From assembly GCA_963775225.1 (NCBI GenBank), contig CAVZHW010000005.1, positions 21,612-85,611 of the forward strand: a DNA stretch of 64,000 nt. The letters are read 5' to 3'. Made by a program: the position numbers and the translations under genes. This stretch comes from an uncultured Chloroflexia bacterium (GTDB lineage Bacteria > Chloroflexota > Limnocylindria > Limnocylindrales > CSP1-4). Of this stretch, positions 16,575 to 24,615 are shown piece by piece. The notes below the pieces were generated by a model that had not been told where the DNA came from, searched no databases, and worked only from the letters and a program-made list of their open reading frames with translations. The first letter of the stretch is position 1. Each line of letters opens with the position of its first letter.

Positions 16575-17375
16575 ATGCACACTCACGACGAACCGGACGC
16601 GCTGACCGCCAGCGCACGGCGGTCGGCCCAGGCAAAGTCGAGCCAACCCCTCGATGTGGCGCGAACCGTGAGCGACCCGGGTGCTGCATCAGAGAGTTCG
16701 CTGCTCGAGCTGCAGCGCTTAGCGGGCAACGCCAGTGTGAGCCGGATGTTCACCGGCGAGGAACAGGACGCGCCCGCGTCGCCGGTGCTCGACGTCGTCG
16801 GCAAAGGCGGCGGGTCACCGCTCGAGGGCGGCCTGCGTGGCGAGATGGAGTCCCGTCTGGACGCAGACTTTTCGGACGTGCGCGTGCATACCGATGGGAA
16901 GGCTTCGGAATCGGCCAGATCGGTACAGGCGAAGGCATACACGGTCGGCAGCGACGTCGTCTTTCAATCGGATCACTGGTCGCCCGGCAGCGACCAAGGC
17001 AAGCAGACCCTCGCACACGAACTGACCCACGTCGTCCAGCAGCGCAACGGACCCGTGGCCGGCACGGATGCCGGTGGTGGCATCAAGTTGTCCAGCCCCG
17101 GCGATGAATTCGAGCGGGCGGCAGACGCGACAGCCCACGCGGCGCTTGCCGCGCCGGCGTCGGTGCCTGCGGGCGGCGCTGCTCCCGGTGCGCAGCGGCA
17201 GACCGAGGACGAAACCGATCAGGAGGAAACGGCCCAGGGCTCATTCGTCCAGCGCGAGGCGGCAAAGGGTGATGAAGAGGTGCCCGATGAGGAAGAGGTC
17301 CAGACAACCCTCGCTCAACGCCAGACGGAAGAGGAGATGCTGGGCGAGGACGAAGAGAAGAGCAAGCCGACGTAG
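16575..17375 (+). CDS. DUF4157 ('eCIS core domain') zincin-like protein with an acidic C-terminal tail
   Basis: ATG at 16575, 6 nt after GGAGG. FSDVRVHTDGKASESARSVQAKAYTVGSDVVFQSDHWSPGSDQGKQTLAHELTHVVQQ is the canonical DUF4157 block (HELTH at 17016..17030). LQRLAGNASV at 16710..16739. Confidence 0.85.
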   Translation: MHTHDEPDALTASARRSAQAKSSQPLDVARTVSDPGAASESSLLELQRLAGNASVSRMFTGEEQDAPASPVLDVVGKGGGSPLEGGLRGEMESRLDADFSDVRVHTDGKASESARSVQAKAYTVGSDVVFQSDHWSPGSDQGKQTLAHELTHVVQQRNGPVAGTDAGGGIKLSSPGDEFERAADATAHAALAAPASVPAGGAAPGAQRQTEDETDQEETAQGSFVQREAAKGDEEVPDEEEVQTTLAQRQTEEEMLGEDEEKSKPT

Positions 17376-17399
17376 GTCGAGCTAATCAGTGGCGTCTCG

Positions 17400-19607
17400 A
17401 TGAGCGGCCCGACCCATGGCGATGCGGCGCGCTCGGCACCCGCGGCTGAGCGCGGCACGGGTCCGCGCGTGCCGGGTGGTCAGGCTCGGTCAGCGCTGCC
17501 GTCGACCGCCGCGCCCGTGCATCTCCTGGGCCATCAGCAGCTGACCAACCTGCAATCCCGTGCGGGCAACGCCGCCGTGGTCCAACTCGTCCACGGCGCC
17601 CGCGTCGAGCGCGGCGACGGCGCATCGTCGCCGCTGCCGCCGGTGGTGCAACGAGTGGCAATTCCGGTCAACTTCAGCGAGATCCTGCAGACCGATCCGA
17701 AGTCAAGTTCCAATCGACTGCCCAGTTTCAAGCCGGGCTCGTTCAGCCAGTCCAGCCGCTACCAGCTGACGCGCACCAACGAGGGCCTTCTTGATATCGA
17801 GGACGAGCACGGGGAACTCCTCGCGCTGCGTGGCCATGTCACGGCCTCGGTCCGGATCAGGTTCCGAGATCCTTCCGGGAGCGCCATTCCAGAGGGAGAC
17901 GCGCGACGAGAGTTCGGCAACCGCATGTGCACTTCGCTGGTCGACCACTGGAACGGCCGATTCATGCTCGTCGCACCGATCGAGCGGGCGGCCGCTGCGC
18001 CGCGCGCCGGTTCAGGCTCGACCACGCCGACCACGCCGACCACGCCGACCACGCCGCCCACGCCGACAGCAGCCCGAGCACCCGCGCCGACGCCTGCGCC
18101 GGCCGCAACTGCGACGCCCGCCAGCCCTCCGCCGCCCGAACCAACCGAGACCCGGCTGAGCCTGAATTTCGTCGCCACGCCCGTCTATGCGCTCGACGCG
18201 GAAGCGGATGCCGACGTCAACCTGCACAGCGAGCCGGCCGATCCAGATGCCCACAAACCGATTGATTCGGGCAACTGGTACAGCAACATCGGCAGCGCCT
18301 ACGGCGACACCTCGCCGGAAGTGATCTACGCACATGAGTACGGCCACCTGCTCGGCATTCCAGACGAGTACTCACAGGGCCACGCGGATATCAACCTCAG
18401 ACTGCATGCCATTTCGGGGCGCGGTGGCGAGATGGGCGCCCAGGTGGACAGCGCCGGTCGACGCCAGATCGTCCTGGAGGCCCTCGAGCCCCAGATGCGT
18501 CGTCAGATCGCTCATATCAGCAACGCCGGCGCCGCCGCTTTCCGCACCCAGCGCTCGCGCATCAGGAGCCAGCTGTCCGACACGGTGCGCACTACCTGGC
18601 AGAGTCCGACGACAACTGCGGCGCTGTCATTGCCCGTCATGGCCCATCTCCTGGGCCGCCCTCGCCTGGCGGGCGCGGTGCCGGGGCTGATCGAGGCGGC
18701 CGCTCGCGGGGTGAGCTTTGGCTCGATCGCTGCCGCGGCGGTGAATGCCCACCTGTCCAACGGCGGGGTTGCGACGCTGCTCCGGTCGGTTTACGAGGAG
18801 ACGATCGACAGCGCGATCGCCGGCGGCAGTACCGTCACCGTGCCCATACCCGAGGGTGGAAATGTCGACATCAGCATCGATACGACCGGCGTTGCCGGCG
18901 CGGACCGCGCGCTCGACCGCGCCGCCCGCCGGGCTGCCGCGACGGCAATCGGCAGCCCTCGTGCGACCCGGGCCGGGACGCGCAGCCGGCCGGCGGTCTA
19001 TCCGTCGCAGACGTTCATCGGTCAGCTGGCTTCGATGGCGAGCGATTGGCAGACGGCCGGCGACCTGTTCAGCGCCGAGATGGCCGAGCTGCCGTCGAAG
19101 ATCTTCTCGTCGGCCGTTGGGCGGCTCGAGGCGCGACCACTGACCGCGACAAACATGCGCACCCTCAGGAGCGAGATTCGCGCCCTGATGACGAGCATGA
19201 CCAGCGGCTCCGCGCGCTGGAGCCTCGATAAGTTCCTGAGCGACCAGATCCGGCCGTTGCTCGGCGCGCAGGTCCGGCGCATCCTGGAACTCGCCGGGAC
19301 CGAGCCGGCCGCACACACCAGCGTACCGTCGGGCGGCGGTACCGACGCCGCGCCAGCGCCCCCCGACCCGGCGCTCAAGGCTGCCGTCGATGCCATGTCC
19401 GCCCGGGCTGCGGCGGTGCAGACGCGGCCGTCCGGAGTGGGTGACAAGAATGTCAAGATCCGCTACACGATCAACTCGATGATGGGTGACGACAATGTCG
19501 GCGCGGACATCCGGCCAGACAACGTGCAGGGCATCGTCGACCAGGTGAACTCCAACCTGCGTCAGGCGCGGGAGGGCAGCTTCAACCACCGGCGAGCGCG
19601 TTCATGA
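17400..19607 (+). CDS. 735-aa putative CIS cargo/effector with a zincin metallopeptidase motif HEYGHLLGIPDEY
   Basis: LQSRAGNAAV at 17550..17579. A Thr/Pro/Ala linker follows. AHEYGHLLGIPDEY at 18333..18371 is an HExxHxxGxxDEY-type signature, as seen in toxin-type metallopeptidases. Confidence 0.75.
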   Translation: MSGPTHGDAARSAPAAERGTGPRVPGGQARSALPSTAAPVHLLGHQQLTNLQSRAGNAAVVQLVHGARVERGDGASSPLPPVVQRVAIPVNFSEILQTDPKSSSNRLPSFKPGSFSQSSRYQLTRTNEGLLDIEDEHGELLALRGHVTASVRIRFRDPSGSAIPEGDARREFGNRMCTSLVDHWNGRFMLVAPIERAAAAPRAGSGSTTPTTPTTPTTPPTPTAARAPAPTPAPAATATPASPPPPEPTETRLSLNFVATPVYALDAEADADVNLHSEPADPDAHKPIDSGNWYSNIGSAYGDTSPEVIYAHEYGHLLGIPDEYSQGHADINLRLHAISGRGGEMGAQVDSAGRRQIVLEALEPQMRRQIAHISNAGAAAFRTQRSRIRSQLSDTVRTTWQSPTTTAALSLPVMAHLLGRPRLAGAVPGLIEAAARGVSFGSIAAAAVNAHLSNGGVATLLRSVYEETIDSAIAGGSTVTVPIPEGGNVDISIDTTGVAGADRALDRAARRAAATAIGSPRATRAGTRSRPAVYPSQTFIGQLASMASDWQTAGDLFSAEMAELPSKIFSSAVGRLEARPLTATNMRTLRSEIRALMTSMTSGSARWSLDKFLSDQIRPLLGAQVRRILELAGTEPAAHTSVPSGGGTDAAPAPPDPALKAAVDAMSARAAAVQTRPSGVGDKNVKIRYTINSMMGDDNVGADIRPDNVQGIVDQVNSNLRQAREGSFNHRRARS
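18021..18065 (+). repeat. Coding 9-bp tandem repeat (ACCACGCCG x5, last copy degenerate) encoding TTPTTPTTPTTPPTP
   Basis: Direct reading of accacgccg accacgccg accacgccg accacgccg cccacgccg inside the 735-aa ORF linker. Confidence 0.9.
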
Positions 19608-20380
19608 AGGCTCGGCCGATCCTCCGTTACAACCGCCGCCTGGACTTCTTCGGCGCGCGCGTCGACGACCGTCTGGAGGTTTCGCCCAACGGCGATGTGT
19701 GGCGCTGGTCGCTGTACCCGGCCCGCGCCGACCGGAAGGATGAAGCAGGGACCTTCCGAATCACGCTCGCTGCGGCCGAACTCCAGGAGCTCGCCGCGTT
19801 GGCCGAACGCGTCGCGCCGGAAGCACCCGGCAAGCCGTCGCCGGAGGGCCACATCGAGGCCACGCTGGAGGTGGGCGACAGGACAATCGAGCTCCCGGAC
19901 GACGGTCCGGACGACCAGTTGCAGCTGACTCGACGACGGCTGGACGCCCTGGCCGACCGAACGCTCACCAAACCTCTCGCCGTCGTCCGGCTGGCTGCAC
20001 GGCGGAGTGTCACACAGGGCCAGCCTGCGCCGGTCTTCGTGCTCGAGAACGTAGGCAGTAGGAGAGTCAGCGTGCTCACGCCGGCGGCCAACTTCTCAGT
20101 CTTGGCCGTGCGCCCTCAGGGCAATCGGCTCATCTTCCGCGGCGAAGCGTCGGCGACAGCAGGCTACTTCGACGCTGACGGCGAAATGATCGATGGGCTG
20201 CTGCGGCCGGCGGTGCTCGAGCCCAACGGTTCGGCCACGCTAGTGTTCAGCCAGCCCGTGGACACGGCCGGCGCTGCGCAACTACTGGCGACAGTCGAAG
20301 GCAAGATCAGCCTGACCGGCCCGATCGCCCGAGACGAATTCCCCGACGCCGCGTTCAAGATGTCGACATACATGTCGTGA
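19604..20380 (+). CDS. 258-aa hypothetical protein translationally coupled to the 735-aa metallopeptidase gene (immunity/inhibitor candidate)
   Basis: ATGA overlap with the upstream stop. No signal peptide and no recognisable domain. Confidence 0.6.
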   Translation: MKARPILRYNRRLDFFGARVDDRLEVSPNGDVWRWSLYPARADRKDEAGTFRITLAAAELQELAALAERVAPEAPGKPSPEGHIEATLEVGDRTIELPDDGPDDQLQLTRRRLDALADRTLTKPLAVVRLAARRSVTQGQPAPVFVLENVGSRRVSVLTPAANFSVLAVRPQGNRLIFRGEASATAGYFDADGEMIDGLLRPAVLEPNGSATLVFSQPVDTAGAAQLLATVEGKISLTGPIARDEFPDAAFKMSTYMS

Positions 20381-20400
20381 TCTCGCCGCAATAGGCGTGC

Positions 20401-20781
20401 TCAAGCCTCGTGCCGCGGTTCGGTCCGGATGGTGAGGCTCTCCACGTGGTGCCTGTCGGCCGGGTCAAGGTCGATCAGAACTGCCGCCCACGCCGGCAAG
20501 GCTGGATCGTCGAATATGCCCTGAACAGTCCGGCTCGGCCCGTGCAGGCTTGGGACCCGATGCAGTGGCCCAACAAGAGACTCCAAAGCCATCACGTCCC
20601 ACTCTGAGGAACTCGCCAGCGACACTGCGACCACGCCGAAGTGCTCTTGTGTCCAGGGCTTGAAGCTAGCTACCTGGATCGGCCCATAGTCGGCCGGAGG
20701 CGGCACGCTGTCCGCGCACAGGGCACGCAACAGCTGGGCCAATGCGCCCGTTGGACCCATGGACCTCGTCTCGTCGATCAC
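20401..20781 (-). CDS. 126-aa hypothetical protein translationally coupled to the 993-aa gene (immunity candidate)
   Basis: GTGA overlap with the stop of the 993-aa ORF. No recognisable domain. Confidence 0.55.
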   Translation of the reverse strand: MIDETRSMGPTGALAQLLRALCADSVPPPADYGPIQVASFKPWTQEHFGVVAVSLASSSEWDVMALESLVGPLHRVPSLHGPSRTVQGIFDDPALPAWAAVLIDLDPADRHHVESLTIRTEPRHEA

Positions 20782-23759
20782 GGCTTACCCGGGGCTTGAC
20801 CGAGACCCATCAGGTGCTCGAGCTTTTTTACGTGTGCGGCGGCCTCGTGCCACTCCGTATACGCCTTGTCCAGCGCACGTTGCTCACCGACCGCCAGCGT
20901 CTGGCCCGGCGTTTCATGGACCGCCTTTGCCTGCTCTGCGAGTGGCAGCAGTCGGGCAAAGGCCTCGTCTTCCGCCAGCCGCGAGCGCTCGAGACGCGCA
21001 TGCTGGCGCTGCATCGCGGCCGTCAATTCACCGCCTGCCTTATAAGCAGCAACTTCCTCTGGGAACTGGTGGTAAGCGTCCTCGATGGGGGCATTGGCCG
21101 TTATCGCGTCAGCCAGTTCTTGCTCCGCTGCCTGATACAGCGGCGAGCCAGGCGTTGAGTTCTGCCTGGCGCTGGCCAGGTTCGCCCGTGCCTGGTCGAT
21201 CCGGTTCCAACTTGCGTCGAGCTCTCCAAGGATCTGGTTACGCTGCTGCGCATGGGCACCGTAGACGTTTTCGTACTTGGCGGCCGTCTCGGTCGCCACG
21301 GCGCTGCCGGGCGACATGTCTTCTGCCGCTCGCTGGCCTTGGTTCGCAGCAATTGCGGCTTCGGCGATTTCTTGCGGGATGAACAATCTCCTTGCCAGTT
21401 GGGTGGCGTTTTCGCCCGTCGCCGCCGCTTGTTGGCGAGCCATGCGAAACCAGTCGAGGCCGTGCTCGAGTTCGTGGCGTAGCAGTCCGCAGACCTCAGC
21501 GAACTCGTCCGGCGAGATCGTTTCTTTTTCCAGCACCTTGAGTTCAATGCGGACGGACCACATCTCGCCATTGAAACGAGCGCCGATGATGTCGCGCACT
21601 TCGACGCCGGTTGGCTCGGGCATACCGGTGTGGGCCAGCGCCGGGTAGATCTCGTCCACGAGTCGACTCGCCCGCACCAGTGGATCGCCAAGCGCTTGCC
21701 ATTGCTCACGAATCGGATGGAGTTGTGCGGCCAGCTGGGCGGCCTCTGCGCTCACCGGGCCGAGTGCCGCGCCGCCGGTGCCGGGCGCGGCCGCCGGACC
21801 CTTCGCCGCTGGTACTGCGCCTACAGGTTCGCCGCCGGCAAGCGCTCTTTCGATCTTCTGTTCAGCTGACGGTTCAGCCTTCACCGTTTCCGGCTCGGCC
21901 GCGGCCTTAGTCCCGCTGGCCTCGCCAGCGGCTGGCTCCGGCGTACCTTCGGTCGGCTTGGCCGCTTCGTCTGGAATGTGGCCGGTGGCAGCCACGATCG
22001 AGCCAGCGATGTCCATCGCCCCCGAGGTGACGGCCTCTTTGACGACCATGTCACACACATCCGAGAGACTCTCGGGCATTGCCTTGCCGTCGATGATCCG
22101 GTCGAGCACTATCTTGGCCGGAACGTTGTAGAAGCTCGCGGTTGTCGCGCCGCCGACGCTCAGGACCTTTTCAGCGGTCGTTGCGCTCAGTTGCCAGTCC
22201 TTGATCAGCGTGCCGGCAAAGCGTGCCTTGAGAGCATCCGTGAACGCACCCTGGGTGAGGCCGCCGAAGAGCGAAGCCAGGCCGTCGATCGCCGCCATTC
22301 GCGCCACCTTGCCATAGTCGGCCTTGTGTTCCGGATCGACGAAGCTGACGGAGGCCTCTTCGAGGCCTTCCTGGGTGGCCGTGTACCCGGCACTGAACGC
22401 CGCGGCGCGGAGTACGCCGGTGACGCCGGTGAAGGCTGACGCGATCTTGCCCGCGGTCTTGACCCGCTCGAGCCACTTGACGGCGATCCCAGCGCCACCC
22501 ATGACCCGCGCTTCGTAGCCGGCGAAGCGCGTCGTGGCCACGGCGACACTCTGCTCGGCTTCCTGCAGGGCACCCGCAGCGAGCTCGATCTGGCCGTCTT
22601 GGAAGAAGCGCTGGGCCGCATCGAGCTGCTGCTCGCCCTTCGCCCAGATGCTGTTCGGCCCGAGCAATTTGGGGTAGCTGCCTGAGCGCGCCTCCAGCCA
22701 AGCCAGCTCGGCCTGAGCGTCAGTGTCATCAGGGTGCGTCTGCGCACGCACGTGCGCGACGGCCATCTCCATGGCGCTTGGCGCCCCAAGCGCCTCGCTG
22801 GCATGGCGCACTCCGCCGCGGACTTTCTTCTTGACCCAGCCGGTCCAGCCGCCACCGTATTCGGCCCCGCGGTTCTTATCGCTCAGTTCGCGGTGACGGG
22901 CGATCATCTGGTTCAGGTGGCTTTGGAGCTTGTCGATCCCATCGCGTAGCGCCCGGACCTCCGGCCCGTTCGTTACCTGGTCACTGTACGCATCGCCGAA
23001 CTCGGGAATCTTCAACAGGTCTGCAAAGACCACCGCGCCACCGGTGGTCTCAATCTGCCGCCCACCCCACAGCACATTGATGTGCGGATGGCGGGTCATG
23101 ACGCTCGGGTCCTGTTGCGCCTGAAGCGCCGAATAGATCTCAGCCTGGTCCGTTAGCTGGGCGACAACCGGTTTGCTCGCGAAATGCTCCTGAGCCCAGG
23201 CTCGAAAGCGCGTTTCAGGCACAGCGTTCCACGCCGGTACCCGTGAGACGTCGGGAGCGAGCACTTTGGGCGGGTCGAGCGTGGCGCGCGGTGCCTCTTT
23301 GTCGATCGGCCGGAAGCCCCTCTCGATCCGCGCCTGCTCTGCGCGGAAGTCCGAGCTTGCAATATACAATTCGGTGTAGTGCTCGCGGGTCCGGTACGCT
23401 TTCTCGTGTCGCGCGAGAGCGGCATCTACGTCCACGTTGTGCGCGTAAGCGTCGAGCCATTGGCGCCATCCCTCGAGTGCCTCGAACGACATCGCCGAGG
23501 CGAGGGCGGGGAACTTGGCGAGCAGGGCATCGAGCATGGCGGAGGCTCGATGGTTGCTGTCTGCGCGGCCCGAGGAACCGCGGTCCTTCTGGGCTTGGAC
23601 CGCCGCAGCCACAGCCTGATTACCGGCAGCATGCTGCAGTCCAATGATTGTGGCCGCCGGCTCGTTGCCCGCCCGACTGGATTGGCTCGCGCGCCTCGGC
23701 GCATTGGCCTGCTTTCCGGGCGCGCGGGGCTGTCGTGCTGTTCGCTCGAAAGTCGACAC
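20778..23759 (-). CDS. 993-aa putative CIS cargo/effector: N-terminal LQHAAGNQAV motif, Gly/Ala-rich amphipathic segments, C-terminal HExxH (RHELEHGLDW)
   Basis: GTG start. Motif at 23610..23639. GGAGIAVKWLERVKTAGKIASAFTGVTGVLRAAAFSAGY-type segments mid-protein. HELEH at 21462..21476. The modular plan resembles the 1171-aa protein. Confidence 0.75.
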   Translation of the reverse strand: MSTFERTARQPRAPGKQANAPRRASQSSRAGNEPAATIIGLQHAAGNQAVAAAVQAQKDRGSSGRADSNHRASAMLDALLAKFPALASAMSFEALEGWRQWLDAYAHNVDVDAALARHEKAYRTREHYTELYIASSDFRAEQARIERGFRPIDKEAPRATLDPPKVLAPDVSRVPAWNAVPETRFRAWAQEHFASKPVVAQLTDQAEIYSALQAQQDPSVMTRHPHINVLWGGRQIETTGGAVVFADLLKIPEFGDAYSDQVTNGPEVRALRDGIDKLQSHLNQMIARHRELSDKNRGAEYGGGWTGWVKKKVRGGVRHASEALGAPSAMEMAVAHVRAQTHPDDTDAQAELAWLEARSGSYPKLLGPNSIWAKGEQQLDAAQRFFQDGQIELAAGALQEAEQSVAVATTRFAGYEARVMGGAGIAVKWLERVKTAGKIASAFTGVTGVLRAAAFSAGYTATQEGLEEASVSFVDPEHKADYGKVARMAAIDGLASLFGGLTQGAFTDALKARFAGTLIKDWQLSATTAEKVLSVGGATTASFYNVPAKIVLDRIIDGKAMPESLSDVCDMVVKEAVTSGAMDIAGSIVAATGHIPDEAAKPTEGTPEPAAGEASGTKAAAEPETVKAEPSAEQKIERALAGGEPVGAVPAAKGPAAAPGTGGAALGPVSAEAAQLAAQLHPIREQWQALGDPLVRASRLVDEIYPALAHTGMPEPTGVEVRDIIGARFNGEMWSVRIELKVLEKETISPDEFAEVCGLLRHELEHGLDWFRMARQQAAATGENATQLARRLFIPQEIAEAAIAANQGQRAAEDMSPGSAVATETAAKYENVYGAHAQQRNQILGELDASWNRIDQARANLASARQNSTPGSPLYQAAEQELADAITANAPIEDAYHQFPEEVAAYKAGGELTAAMQRQHARLERSRLAEDEAFARLLPLAEQAKAVHETPGQTLAVGEQRALDKAYTEWHEAAAHVKKLEHLMGLGQAPGKP

Positions 23760-23852
23760 TTGCGCGCGAGGCTAGCCGTCCGCCGTTCGGGGAGGAACGG
23801 TTGCAGGGGTGGCCGAGAGGGCGCCAGCGCTGCCCCTTTGGGCAGAGTCGGG

Positions 23853-24500
23853 CTAGATCAGGCCCTGCTTGATGGCGTAGGCCACGGCATGCGTCCGGTT
23901 GCGCAGCTCGAGCCGGCTGGTGACGTCGTGGATGATGTTCTTGACGGTGCGCTCGGAGTAGAACAGCCGGCCGCTCACCTCAGTCGTGTCGAGGCCTTCG
24001 GCAAGCAGCCGCAGCACGTCCAGCTCCCGCTCGGTCAGGCCCGAGAAGGTCAGCCCGCGCGGCGCCAGGACCTGGCGCTGCAGGTTGCCCACTTGGTCGA
24101 GCAGCCGCGCGAGCATGTCCGGCGGCAACGTCCCCTCGCCGGCGGCCACGGCGCGGATGGTCGAGAGCAGGTTGTGCACGGTCGCCTGGCTGCGACGCAG
24201 GATGCCGCCGACGCCTGCCTCAACCGCAGCCAGCAACGATCGGTCGTCGAGGCGCGTGACCAGCAGCGCCACGCCGCGTGCCCCGTGACGACGCAGGCTG
24301 CGGATCGTGCGCAGGGCCTCCGCATCGACCTCGTCGGCGACCACCAGCGCAACGCCCCCCTCACCGGGCGGCACCTCGTCGACCACACGGACCGAACCGT
24401 GGCCACGCAACTGCGCGACCGTGCCGGCACGCGAGAGCGGGTCGGATGCCCAGACGGAAACATCGATGCGAGCCTGCCCGTCGTCAGCCAGCGCGTACAT
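23853..24500 (-). CDS. LuxR/NarL-family response-regulator-like transcription factor
   Basis: C-terminal HTH: LTERELDVLRLLAEGLDTTEVSGRLFYSERTVKNIIHDVTSRLELRNRTHAVAYAI. N-terminal receiver-like domain. I prefer the ATG at 24500 (MYALADDG) over the track start at 24551. Confidence 0.85.
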   Translation of the reverse strand: MYALADDGQARIDVSVWASDPLSRAGTVAQLRGHGSVRVVDEVPPGEGGVALVVADEVDAEALRTIRSLRRHGARGVALLVTRLDDRSLLAAVEAGVGGILRRSQATVHNLLSTIRAVAAGEGTLPPDMLARLLDQVGNLQRQVLAPRGLTFSGLTERELDVLRLLAEGLDTTEVSGRLFYSERTVKNIIHDVTSRLELRNRTHAVAYAIKQGLI

Positions 24501-24615
24501 GCCGGTTCCCCTGTGCGATGTGGGTGTTCGTGGGTGCCAGCAACGGTGCACCGCGCGACTTATCGCCGACTAAACGCTGACTTAACGGGCGGCCGGCAGC
24601 CGGTGGAAAAAGAGG

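Noticed and set aside
23760-23852. Small hairpins (ctgccc-cttt-gggcag; ccgttc-ggggag-gaacgg) between the LuxR gene and the 993-aa effector gene as possible terminator or attenuator
   Set aside because: The stems are short (6 bp) and no U-tract follows on the transcribed strand, so I cannot support a terminator call.
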